Assembly (NCBI GenBank): GCA_000934665.2
Contig: KZ538473.1
Coordinates: 1-64,000 of the forward strand
From: Catajapyx aquilonaris
Taxonomy: Eukaryota
Direction: 5' to 3'
DNA: 64,000 nt
How positions within the stretch are numbered: position 1 is the stretch's first letter; the number at the start of each line of letters is the position of its first letter. The translations under genes were made by a program, and so were the position numbers. The notes beneath the pieces are model-generated. The model was not told the DNA's origin, did no database searches, and worked only from the letters and a program-made list of their open reading frames with translations. Shown piece by piece: positions 1 through 11,047 of this stretch.

Positions 1-91
1 TTCCACTTCCCCCCCCCCCTCTGGGCTTCCCCCTTCCTCATATTTGGGACACCTGTGCTCACCCTACAGCACCGAAAAATAAGTTACTGAC

Positions 92-250
92 CTTATTATG
101 GGCGGAGGTGCATTGTCAAGGTTGCCTGTCCATCCTTTCTCAGGCAGGACTCCCTTAAACATGCACCGCAAATGCCTGAGGGAATTTAGGAGTTTCTCGG
201 GATTTTTGAGGGGCAGCGACCTGTCTCTTGGCTGTCCCCAGGTGATGTTC
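92..250 (-). CDS. Candidate internal coding exon of an unidentified minus-strand gene (NITWGQPRDRSLPLKNPEKLLNSLRHLRCMFKGVLPEKGWTGNLDNAPPPII)
   Basis: Minus strand shows acceptor TTTTACTTTAG| at 251 and donor AG|GTCAGT at 91; 159 nt (multiple of 3); only one frame is open. Protein not recognised. Confidence 0.35.
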
Positions 251-369
251 CTAAAGTAAAACTGGAATGCCACACAGGTCACCATCAGTATTGCACAAAT
301 CCACAATCAACCACTACACTGTGCACTGGAAGCAAAATAATTGCAGGGCGACAGCGCTGGGCCTTATAA

Positions 370-839
370 AAATGTGTCCAATCAATTAAAATCAAAAATC
401 GTCCATCCAGATTTTGCCTACATCTCAATATAACATTTCAATCTTCATTTTAAGCGCAATTCAAAATTTTTTAAAACTGTCCATCGATGGGGAAAATGCA
501 AATCTAACATTTGGACGCCATCTTTAATTCGAAATGTTGTTTTTTCACACATATGTGTTCCACCACCTGAAGGGGTGTTGAAATAGCTTACAGTCCCATT
601 AATCACATTTCGGATATGTTACAATCTTGCGAAGTTATGGCCCTCCAACTGATGGCGGACCGAGCCAAAATTGGCAAATATCCGTATCTTTCCCACCCTG
701 TAGTTATGCAACCACGAGTCGCAGGGACAAACAAAATGAGGCACTTGCATAGATACATGGGTACTACAACATACTCGGTTTTGGTCGAAATCGGAAAAGA
801 TTTGTCGGGGAGGGGGGTCCAGTTGACGTGGAATGCCTC
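370..839. mobile_element. Partial non-autonomous DNA transposon (one GAG-type terminus, Sola2-like)
   Basis: Ends ...GGTCCAGTTGACGTGGAATGCCTC followed by ATAT; reverse complement GAGGCATTCCACG resembles a TIR. The partner TIR was not found and the left boundary is approximate. Confidence 0.3.
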
Positions 840-1207
840 ATATATATATAGTTATTTGTAATAAGTAAGAATTACATTAATAAAGTAAAATCGCAGCAGA
901 TAGTTGCGAAGTGTATTTTATTATGCAACATAACATGGTTACTTATCGAGCTACTTTGGACACTCAAATTAAGAAGGCAGGAGAAATAAACAAGTGAGCC
1001 TTTTATACGCAATGAACATTTTTACAACTAACGGCAGAAGCGGCAAAATAATCGAAAGGAATTGGGAATGGAGTAGCATAACCTCTATTATTCTGGCATA
1101 ATGCGACACACCTTACGTACATCACGTGACACGAACATCGCATAAGTTATATAATAATTTGGATTCGACATTAGATAGAAACAATTTTAGCAAAAATAGC
1201 TATTTTT

Positions 1208-1354
1208 CAAGGGGGTAATCACTCGACTGAAAAGTGTACACTGGAGTACCAAATTCAAGGAGTACCACGGAGTAATAAAGAGTGAGGTGCCTGAGGAGTA
1301 CCAGGGAGTACCACTCCCAGGTGTAACCGGAGTACCGAAGTGATTACCCCCTTG
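1208..1354. mobile_element. 147-bp MITE with 8-bp TSD (P-element- or hAT-type)
   Basis: Perfect 16-bp TIR CAAGGGGGTAATCACT / AGTGATTACCCCCTTG; direct repeat CTATTTTT at 1200-1207 and 1355-1362. Confidence 0.9.
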
Positions 1355-1882
1355 CTATTTTTAGTAAAAATACATAGTAATCCATGTCGCAGGTCGGGCC
1401 AGTACTCGCCTATGAAGAAGTGTCGCACGCTGCTTTCTTAAGATAAGAGGTGGTGTAATGCACTTTTTTATTAATGCTAATAGTCTCTATAACAAAATTA
1501 CGAAGACAAAATGTCACCACTGCATAAGGTCCAAGAGTTCACAGTAGCCTACTATATCCTTGGTATTATCTGAATAACTATACAACACCCTGTACATGGT
1601 CTAATTAAATTTGTATTTATGGACGCTAACAGGTGTTTAATATCCCAAAATGGTACATGCAGCAGGCAAACTGAAATATAGATTCATCTCAAGCTACGTT
1701 ATATTAATTTTAACCAGCAATCGAAACACGACAACCATTGGTCAAATGAAATCGGCCTACTAAACTATATGCTTCCCATTACAGGCATCAAAGTGATTCC
1801 TTACAACACCTGAGCTTCCAACCTTACACTGAATATTATACAGTATAAAATATTGCTTCTCTCCTCCGCACCTGTTTTGGAA

Positions 1883-2012
1883 GGAGGAGCGGTAATGTAA
1901 GCATTCCACTTCTAAGGTACCGAGTTTGATCCTGTGGAAAGAGTTTCAATGGGTTATCAATGTGTTCGCCTAGGTTTACTCCAGATTCTCCCGTTTCCTC
2001 CCACTGCTCAAA
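1883..2012 (+). mobile_element. Old degenerate tRNA-derived SINE
   Basis: B-box-like GAGTTTGATCCT near 1922, followed by GGTTTACTCCAGATTCTCCCGTTTCCTCCCAC, which resembles the GGTTTTCTCCGGGTACTCCGGTTTCCTCCCAC motif common in metazoan SINEs. Confidence 0.5.
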
Positions 2013-3118
2013 AACATCTCATCTCCAAGACTACAGTGTCATACACAACTCTCCATACATTTTAAAGACGCTACCTTTCGAACGAGAAGAGGACATACTC
2101 GTACAGTACATAGATATAAAAAGGGGGCCCCTGCATGTGACGGTACCTGGCGACATTCACAGGAGCGTAATAAAGAGCAATGGAAGCTGGCAGATATAAG
2201 CAATAATAATATGCATGAGGTGAGGGGAAGCGGACTTTGACGTTTTAAATATATAGAGTAACTCTTACATATTGGCTCTTGAGTGTTGGGAAATCCCAAA
2301 GCCCAGAACGTCTTTGAAGAGGGAAGTAGGGGACTACATTAGACACGTTTGGCTGAACAGCTGATGTTTTCGTGAACAAAAACTGTTTACTACAAGGCTA
2401 AAAAATCGTGTCCCTAAGAGAGTATTCGCGCCCTTGGTGGCTCGAGCTGATGGCAGGGGATCCACGACAGAAGAGTAATGGGACAGGGAATAACATGCTA
2501 GCTTATTTTGGAGAAACCGGTAATGTTATATGAGGGTGCATATTTAATCTAACAAGGTAGGGACCAGGAGCAAGATAATTTGAATAATAGCCATTATTTG
2601 GGAAAATGTCTACCTCAACAAGATTACGGTACCGTATTTTACTTGTCGGAGGGATCGAGTCAGAGAAATCTTTTCTTACACACGTACTGTTATACCTGAA
2701 ACGTGTGAAATAATTAGCGATATTTTACATGATGCTTAAAAGGCTTTCTTAAGAGAATAATAACTTATAACTGTATTAATACAGAATTTGAAGATGGTTT
2801 GGATTAGCGTATTAGGGAAGGTTTTAAACTAAGGCCATCACCAATATATCGGAACAAAGTGACAGGGTAAGAGAAATAAGAAAACTCGAGAGAGCCAATA
2901 AAAAGTATTTTCACATGGTAACATCCTCTTATCATTCTATCCTATCTGTGGGTGTAACTCTGCACCTCAGAGGTTGTACGCTGTGTTCTTAACGATCTAT
3001 TACTCAGAGGATGGTAATGAAATAATATTACCTTATTGGTTAGCCAATTGTACAATATAGGATAATAACGCAATACAGCATAATCAAAAATATCTGCACA
3101 TAATTATTATACTGTAAT

Positions 3119-4000
3119 TACGAGGGTCGTCCTACAATAATTATTGCAGATACAGCTGTAAGTATCAGTATGTGTACACACTCGAACATTTCACATTTCC
3201 TAGATATAATCCCCAGCCATTTTATGTTGCCACATCTCCAGAAGGCTTCAAAAGCAGTCAGCAGCGTCTTTTGTGGAGGCGGCATGCGGAGACCGCCCTA
3301 AACCATGCTTCCCTGGTACGGAAACATAAGCCATGTAGGGGTTTCTTCATTTTTGGAGTTGATCGTAGTCACATTTAATATACTTATGTCAGGTGAATAG
3401 GAGGGATGTTCCGAAAGCTCCCATTCCCATTTCTGAAGAAGTTTCCGAACAGCAATGGCCACATGACAGCGAGCGTTGTCGTGGAAGACAATGTGGCTCC
3501 CCTGCAACAAAATAATCCTTCCTCTAAGCCGAATTGCTGGGCGGAGATGATGTTACAATAATTATGATATTGATGCTGCTTTCCAATTTCCCTTGCCAAT
3601 TCTATGCAGGTCCATCGCCGGTCCATATCCAACAGCGTTGTCACAGCTTCGACATGGATCCGGTCTGTTGCGGTACGGGAGGGAGCCTTCTTTAAAAGCT
3701 TGTACCCACCTCGCAATGGTATACGATACAGAGGCAAAGTCACCACACGCCTGTAGTACAGGGCTGGCCATATATCGAGGCAACCGCCAGCGACATTTTC
3801 CCGAAGCGGCAGAAGAAGGAATCTTGCTCGCCCTGCTTGTATCATGCTTATCTTCGATTCCTTCTTCTGCCGCTTCGGAAAAATGTCGCTGGCGGTTGCC
3901 TCGATATTTGGCCAGCACTGTACAAGACCTTGATAGTACTGCCTGGCAGATTTGTCACGTACGTACGTTTCAAAGGATGTCTTCCAGGATCGATTTTGCC
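3119..4000 (-). mobile_element. Decayed mariner (Tc1/mariner) element with fragmented transposase pseudogene
   Basis: Frame-shifted minus-strand peptides RDKSARQYYQGLV..QACGDFASVSYTIARWVQAFKEG (HTH region) and FHDNARCHVA..LLQKWEWELSEHPSYSPDIS (HDNARPH / HPPYSPDL motifs); mariner-type terminus TACGAGGG near 3119. The other end is approximate. Confidence 0.9.
3759..3920. mobile_element. 162-bp Tc1/mariner-type MITE inserted in the mariner transposase gene
   Basis: ~65-bp imperfect TIRs (CAGGGCTGGCCATATATCGAGG...GAATC / GATTC...GGCCAGCACTG), 32-bp spacer, TA on both flanks. Confidence 0.88.
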
Positions 4001-4381
4001 GTGTGATGGGATGATTTTAATATTGAAAGCTCTCCTCACAATACATATAACATAGGCTACTATTTCGACGCATATACTACGGACCATAGATCAGCAGCAA
4101 TTCCCGGCCACTAATGGGGCTGCAGGAGGTGCAGCTTACTGCAGCTGACAAGTAATCAAGGGACATGTAGTAGTGAACGTGTCCCTATATAATTTGAATT
4201 GCAGTATTCCAGGTGGCTGGATTTTTAAAAAAATTAACAGCTAACTTATATGAATGCGAGGGAACTTGGCTCAACCATAGCATGGACGCAGTTTTAAGGT
4301 AAGGAGAACAAGCATAGCCTGACTTTATTACTATTTCGTAGAAAAATTAGCTGTAAAAATTGAGTCAAATGCAGATATGCT

Positions 4382-4385
<4 letters not shown>

Positions 4386-4442
<57 letters not shown>
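4386..4442. repeat. (AG)n microsatellite
   Basis: Directly visible. Confidence 0.99.
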
Positions 4443-4447
<5 letters not shown>

Positions 4448-5620
4448 GACGCTTCCCCCCTTTATATTCCCTTAAAAGTGCACTTATATTTCATAATAAT
4501 TCATAATTTCCAGCTTTCACATTGTATACCCATCCAAAGAAATCTTTATGCACCAAAACTCTCTCAACTTATAATATAGGGTACAGCTTCCTCAGATCCT
4601 TGCATAATGGATCAATCTTTGACCTTTTGACCACCGTATCTCAGGAATTCTTGAGAACCAGGGCTTTTCTGGGAAAGTGTTTCCTTTCTAGCAGAAAAAG
4701 AAACAGAAAAACACATTTTGAACGTAAACTTCGCATAAAAATTCGCGATGTTCCCTTGTATGTCGTATATAATTAATTAATTATACATGGCGCGCCATCT
4801 ATGACCATCTCTGTCTCTCCTAAACTAGAGTCAACCGACAAATGTTATTGTCATTTTCGTGTTCGGCACCTCGAAATTAGTCAAGATTTGCTATTTTCAT
4901 TTCGAAGATTTTTTTTTTGTCTGTTGCCCAGTGTTAGCAGCATATAGGCTACTTTTGGCGATGACACCAAAGACTTACTATGCAAAAGTGAAGGCTGAAA
5001 GTCGATTAGTGACTAATAATAATCTCTCTCCACCATGGACAATACATTGTTCAGGCGGAACACACTGTATATAAAGTGTGTTTATGCCTATGCATGTTTG
5101 TATAATTATAAGCTAAAATGCACTATAAAACCAGCATAGACTACCCTTAGACCAAAACCAACTGTTCCCGAAGTATGGCACAGATGGAGTTGACTGTCAT
5201 CCCCCATCTCTTCAATGGCCTCCCCACAATCTCCATCCCCCCACCTCCAGGGCAAAATAGTGGGAGGGGAGGGCAAATCGGCAGATTCACGCTTGGGGCA
5301 GGAGTAGGGGCTAACTGTTCCTCATTCTGTGCATCAGTGTTGTCGACTAGGGGTTCCTGTTAAAGAGATGTGCCAGGGGGTGGTGGTGGGGCAATGCTTG
5401 CCCAGGGTCGAACCTGGGGCAAAAAATGACCATTAGGCAGGGAGTGCGTCCCCTTCCTCATTCCCGGCAATCAACCAACCAGCCAACAGGTCAATCAGTA
5501 CATTAGTCAATCAATCCATCAATTCTTCACGTCACTTCTACGTAACTTCTCCCCCTGGATGATCTGCTCCCTTCGGTGCTTTTCTTTCGAAAGACCCTCG
5601 CATCTCCAGGGAACCTCCCT

Positions 5621-5621
<1 letters not shown>

Positions 5622-5655
<34 letters not shown>
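5622..5655. repeat. (CA)n microsatellite
   Basis: Directly visible. Confidence 0.99.
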
Positions 5656-5657
<2 letters not shown>

Positions 5658-5817
5658 TAAAACATGACATCATCCGGATCAGATCTGTGCACACTCTACA
5701 CTGTTTCAATGTATATCGATTGTACTGTATCACTACAATCATGTTGGTTACACTATGCCCACAACACACTATACACTACTGTACATTATTGCTTCCGGAA
5801 TATTGAGCTTTTTCTTA

Positions 5818-6216
5818 TGCCCTTGTCACACTAGGCGGAATCTCCGCGACGGAATTTCCGGCGCGGTCCGCTCAAAAATCTCAAACACATGGAAGTAAAG
5901 GGGATTCCGTCAGGATGAGACACATACGCGGGTTTTCCCGTCGCTCCGTCGAACACCAGCGGAAGACAGCGGAAAAAATCCGTTCAGTTTTCCGCCGGGG
6001 ACAATAATCCCATTGCAATACATGGATTCCGGCGGGGGAATGCCACACTACCAACGGAAGAAGCGGGTTTGCTGGCCCTGTACCAGGGGGATTGGTAGCT
6101 GAAAGGGCCCAAGGCGGCAGCACGGTCGACGGAAATTCCGCGAGAAAAAACGTTGCAAAATCAAACCGCGCCGGAAATTCCGTCGCGGAGATTCCGCCTA
6201 TAGTGTGCCCAGGCCC
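5818..6216. mobile_element. ~400-bp PIF/Harbinger-type MITE
   Basis: ~50-bp TIRs (..CACACTAGGCGGAATCTCCGCGACGGAATTTCCGGCGCGGT / ACCGCGCCGGAAATTCCGTCGCGGAGATTCCGCCTATAGTGTG..); 3-bp TTA on both flanks (5815-5817, 6217-6219). Confidence 0.85.
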
Positions 6217-6286
6217 TTAATAGTGTCACACATTTAAAATGGTTTACACTGCACATAATCGTCCAGAACTTTTTACCTGTTATATT

Positions 6287-6657
6287 TTTATTTTTATTTT
6301 TTTTTATTTCACTACCCCTTGCTCAGTACATTACGTCCTGCTTCGGGGGGTGGCATACCACCATCAGTTTTTCTATATATATATATATATATTCCACTTC
6401 ATTCACCGGTGCAAGGAAACAAGGACAATGGGAAAGGATAGGGATTTTTGGGGAGGGAACATGGGTGCAAGGTGCAATGTCGTAGCTAATGGGTCATGTG
6501 CTGTTCCCCAGGAGGTTAGGTTGCCAGACACCTCCTTGGTGCAGGTCAGAGACCCTCCTGACGCAGGTGAAAGGAAAGTACCCCAAGCGGGGATCGAACC
6601 TGGGGCCTTTCACTCAGCAAGCCGAGACGTTACCATCACGGCCACCACACCTCCCCC
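6287..6657 (-). mobile_element. tRNA-derived SINE, family A copy 1
   Basis: Head GGGGAGGTGTGGTGGCCGTGATGG..GGTTCGATCCC (A and B boxes), A-rich tail, 14-bp TSD TTACCTGTTATATT (6273-6286, 6658-6671); homologous to the copies at 9315 and 25790. Confidence 0.93.
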
Positions 6658-9605
6658 TTACCTGTTATATTATAATGAAGCATGATGAGGGATATACTAA
6701 GAATCCGTACTCATATAGTGTTGTGTAAAGATAATGATAATTTCAGCAGCTTTTTGACATATGATAAATGCCACTTCCGCTATAGGGCGGTAGACCAGAT
6801 GACCTGCGTAGGAGTCCCAAATAACATTTTTGATTGAGATTTCATGCGGGATGTCAAATATTTATGCTATGCTATTCCAAACAAAATTGTAATTTTTAAT
6901 GGTGTGTAATGCTGAATGGCTTTTACAGGTCTTTATAGCTATCAGAATGCCTCTAATGTCATAATGGAACGGTTTTACCAATCATAATTTTTGATGACAA
7001 TCCTATGCAAGGTTAAACCCATTGGAAATATAGTAACCTTACAGGATTATCTATTGTCTACTTGCATGAGCAATATTACTGTAGAGTATTTAGGTGGATG
7101 GAATTATTGGAAAATATGCCTTTTTTGGAACTATACCGTATATTTTACTCAATACACACTGCGACTTTTCCGAAGCCCCAATCTACGAGAAAATTCTGAA
7201 TATTCTTTTGTCGCGATGACATTGCCTGGATTGAACTGATCAGTGAATATATTATAGTGGCAATGTGGACTAATATAATTATGGTTACTAGTAATGAGAT
7301 ATTAACATGACTCGTAATTTGTAGATACTAAGGCAATTAAGCACTACAGCTAAGTCTCTTTCGAATTAGCAACGAACTGGTATGTACTGTTGTCGACAAT
7401 AAACAAAACAATATGGTAAATATTTTCAACCCATGGTACACTATCCCCAGTATATTACAACTACTGGACTTGACATTGTGACTCATTTATGAGGATACTG
7501 TAACAACTTAATGTAGAATGAACTTGTAAATTATGCCAATTTACCGGAGTAAATTGCGTTTATACAAATTATGGAAATGAATAAGAAGTGAATGGGACGA
7601 ATGGGAAATTACTGACGAACGTCCAATTAGGGCACCATTCAATCATCAGTAGATTTATTAATTCTTGAATCGAAACGGAAGGGAGGAATGGTAGTGAATG
7701 AATGTGAATAATGGCGAATGAAAGTTGAATGGAATGTGCTAATTGAAAATTATTCGTTTTAAAATCACTATAGCTAGCGTGCGAAATATTATTAGATGCT
7801 ATTATTTATCTCATAAGCTGGATTTATAAAAGGGTGCAATATATTGTACCTTTTTCTAAATTAAGCTCACTGTAACTTGTGGCTGATCGGACACACGCCG
7901 AACTACTGAAGTTGCTGCCCAAATCTTTTGCATATTTCTTCGTCTCCCGTGACCTTTAGCGGCAAATGCTTCGCAATCGCCCTCTCTAGTGCCATTTTTT
8001 GCTCTCAGGGTTCTTTAGACCTACTTAGTTTAGTAAAAAAGTTTTGCAATTTTGAACGCGCAATCAACAAACGAATGTAAGCAGAAATTTTTAGGAAGGA
8101 GAAAAGGAAGATGGCGAGCATTTGGTAATTTTGAGAGGGTGGGAGGACATTCGAGAGTGTCGGGGTTATTTACGCATGCCTAGTCAGAGGATCCAAATAT
8201 TGCCAAAAGTGGCCTCAAAGCTGCTTTCCTTAAAACCGCAAGATATTACAGGCCTTAAACTCCTAAAATGAAAGTAGTTGAACGACCCAAATGTGCAGGA
8301 AAATCACGTAGGCCTACAGTGAAACCCATACTTATTTAGTTGTGTACTTTGAACGACACGAACTAGACCTTTATTGGCGTAAAACCATTTTCAATTCAGT
8401 AGAGCCCTTCAACTGAATTGTCATACGTGAACTATGGTGGCAGCCTTCATTAATATTGCCAAGCATCCGTAATAGTTGCTGCATCTTGACGTGCACTCAA
8501 TGTTTGTAGGAACTAAGTCCTGGATGATCCTAAGTTTCATTAGAGGATCCAGAGGTTTTTATGAACCCAGTGGCCTCATATTCTCAACTAACTTACACCC
8601 CCTCCTCATTTTATTTTGTGGGCTCGACTTAAGAAACTTATGGAAACCAGGCAGACGATTGGGGCGGCAAAGTAAAATATTTAAAATTAAATCAATCCGC
8701 GTTTAATTGTGTTGATTGTGCTAATAATAATCAGTACACAAGTTGACATCACAACATGAAACAACACTGATGTGTGTATACCCATTCAGTATTTGATTAC
8801 TTATTCACAGGTCGGGATTTACACCCAAATGTCACAGTTGCATTTTATAACTTATCAATCACGTTGTATTTGTGCATAACGCATATTATTATTGCAATGT
8901 ATAAATTGCAGGCATGATTGAAATTCCCCTATATAATTATTTTATGAGTTTAAAAATTATATGCTACGGTTTTACATATTATATTACACACATTAACATA
9001 ATATCACAATTATAATACTTTTTGTCATCTGTCACCAAGTCAGAGGGGGAGACAGAGTTTGTATAGGTGAGCCCTTGCAGAGAGAAAATGCTCATGGCGA
9101 CTGTTGTACGCAAGTAAATAATATTAGGAACATCTCATATTATGATTGTGTATAGGTATTCACAATATACCGTGCTGTTTAATCCTTAATTTTAACTGAT
9201 ACAACCAGCCCTTCGCCTTTAAGGATTAAAGAAAAGTGTTCGACCGTCCGCTTATGCATTATTTAGAACAATACGCCAAGTGTTGAAGCACCAAAACACA
9301 TAATAATTCCATATGGGGAGGTGTGGCGGCCGTGATGGTAACGTCTCGGCTTGCTGAGTGAAAGGCCCCAGGTTCGATCCCCGCCTGGGGAACTTTCCTT
9401 TCACCTGCGTCGGGAGGGTCTCTGACCTGCACCAAGGAGGTGTCTGGCAACCTAACCTCCTGGGGGACTGCACATGGCCCAAAAGGCTAGGACAATGCAC
9501 CTGCACAAGTGTCCCCTCCCCAACAATCCCTTTCCCTACCCTATATCCCGAACCAGTCCTTGCACGGAGATTGAAGTAAAAACAGAAAACTGAGTAAGGG
9601 ACATC

Positions 9606-10094
9606 CCACCAAAAACATTTCTGTAAAATAAGGCCAAGTTCTCCTGACTGCTTGGCCGTCAAAAGTGGTGAGATCTGAAATACGGCCAAGTTCAACGTCG
9701 TTGTCAATTACTGGCATTCTCAAATTATTCAACCTAAACCACTAACTTTATTTTTCCAGGTCGACCTTAGGTTTAATCATCAAAAAATTTTAATGTCATT
9801 TCTCCTGATGTCACTTGGCCATTGCTCTTAAAACATTGAAAGAGATGTAGAATTCAACAATACCTCGGACATGAGCAATGGCCAAGTGACATCAGGAGAA
9901 ATGACATTAAAATTTTTTGATGATTAAACCTAATGTCGACCTGGAAAAATAAAGTTAGTGGTTTAGGTTGAAGAATTTGAGAATGCCAGTAATTGACAAC
10001 GACGTTGAACTTGGCCGTATTTCAGATCTCACCACTTTTGACGGCCAAGCAGTCAGGAGAACTTGGCCTTTTTTTACAGAAAGGTTTTTGGTGG
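9606..10094. repeat. Long inverted repeat: 222-bp arms (9606-9827, 9873-10094), 45-bp spacer
   Basis: The arms are reverse complements with about four mismatches by eye. Confidence 0.96.
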
Positions 10095-10269
10095 AATCTC
10101 ACCTCTTTTTGTAGGCAGGAGTGTAGGATAATTATAAGATAGCTCGGGGAGTCCCCTACCCCTTTTCTTGACACTGTCGTCATTGCAAACACTATTTGTA
10201 AAACTAGGTTGACTTGGACAACCATGAGCACCATGTACTGGTTCAGTAGAGGGATCGTTTTCGCAAGAC

Positions 10270-10480
10270 TAATATAGACTTGCATCTGGTCCCACCTGTC
10301 AGCCACGTACTTGACAATTGCTGACCTGACCTTATGCGAGGAGTCAGTGTTCCCATAAATGGAATAAGAAATTGAATGGAACAGACACGAACCATCGCCT
10401 GGCATGACAACAACCTGGTGGGGCCAAGGCCTAGTACCATCACTGACTTCCACCATGAGAGATTGTACCGCAAAAGACAT
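10270..10480 (-). pseudogene. OTU-like cysteine protease domain fragment (transposon-borne)
   Basis: VVVMPGDGSCLFHSISYSIYGNTDSSHKVRSAIVKYVADRWD matches the OTU catalytic Cys box GDG(N/S)CLF and the following helices; similarity is lost downstream. Confidence 0.8.
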
Positions 10481-10693
10481 TTTAAAATGTAAAATAAAAT
10501 CGTGGGCGAAGCTACCTGCTGCTGGCTGGTGGCAGAATGAGCTCCCTACTTCCTACGAGCTCCCCACCGATTTGAAAGTTGGGGAATAGATTATATCTAC
10601 AGAGGTAGGTACGGCCGGGGGTCACCGTCTGTATAGCATTTTTGTGCGTGAATTGTAAGTATTTGGAAAAAAGTAAATTGTTTTAGTATTATA

Positions 10694-11047
10694 TTTTTTA
10701 TTTATTTATTTTTTATTTCATTACCCCACGGGGGGAGTTATACTACTCCTTAGGGGGGGTGGGTTGCCACCTTTGGAATTTGTTTTTGGAGCGAGTTTAA
10801 GAAGAATCTTAATTAGTATGCTCCAAGGGTGGGTGGGAGGGGATGTGCAAAGTGCAAGTGCAATGTCTCTAATCGTCATTTTGTGAACTCCCCCGGGTGG
10901 CTTAGTCTGCCGGAAATTGCCACCCGAAACGAAGCCAGAGATGGCCCAACTCTGCACGAAAGCAGGTGGGAACCCCGGGTGGGGATTGAACCCGGGACCT
11001 TAACTTCCGTGGGCGCGCGCGTTACCGCGGCGCCACTCCGTCTCCCC
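10694..11047 (-). mobile_element. tRNA-derived SINE, family B copy 1 (nested)
   Basis: Head GGGGAGACGGAGTGGCGCCGCGG..GGTTCAATCCC, (AAAT)n tail, 14-bp TSD GTTTTAGTATTATA (10680-10693, 11048-11061); homologous to the copy at 20797. Confidence 0.93.

Noticed and set aside
1243..1336. GGAGTACC repeats as a CRISPR-like array
   Set aside because: 8-bp motif with irregular short spacing inside a TIR/TSD element in eukaryotic DNA; no cas genes.
6340..6375. Hammerhead ribozyme in the SINE tail (CTGATGG..GAA)
   Set aside because: The core needs CUGANGA and GAAA around stem II; these are not met or conserved across copies.
6239..6728. Repeated ORFs (LPDTSLVQVRDPPDAGERKVPQAGIEPGAF, also near 9259 and 25750)
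   Set aside because: Antisense translations of SINE family A, not a protein family.
7133..7850. Possible old Tigger-like MITE (TACCGTA.. start)
   Set aside because: The right TIR is too degenerate to support a call.
9315..9390. SINE heads as functional tRNA genes
   Set aside because: No canonical cloverleaf; they continue into a shared body and tail and are flanked by TSDs.
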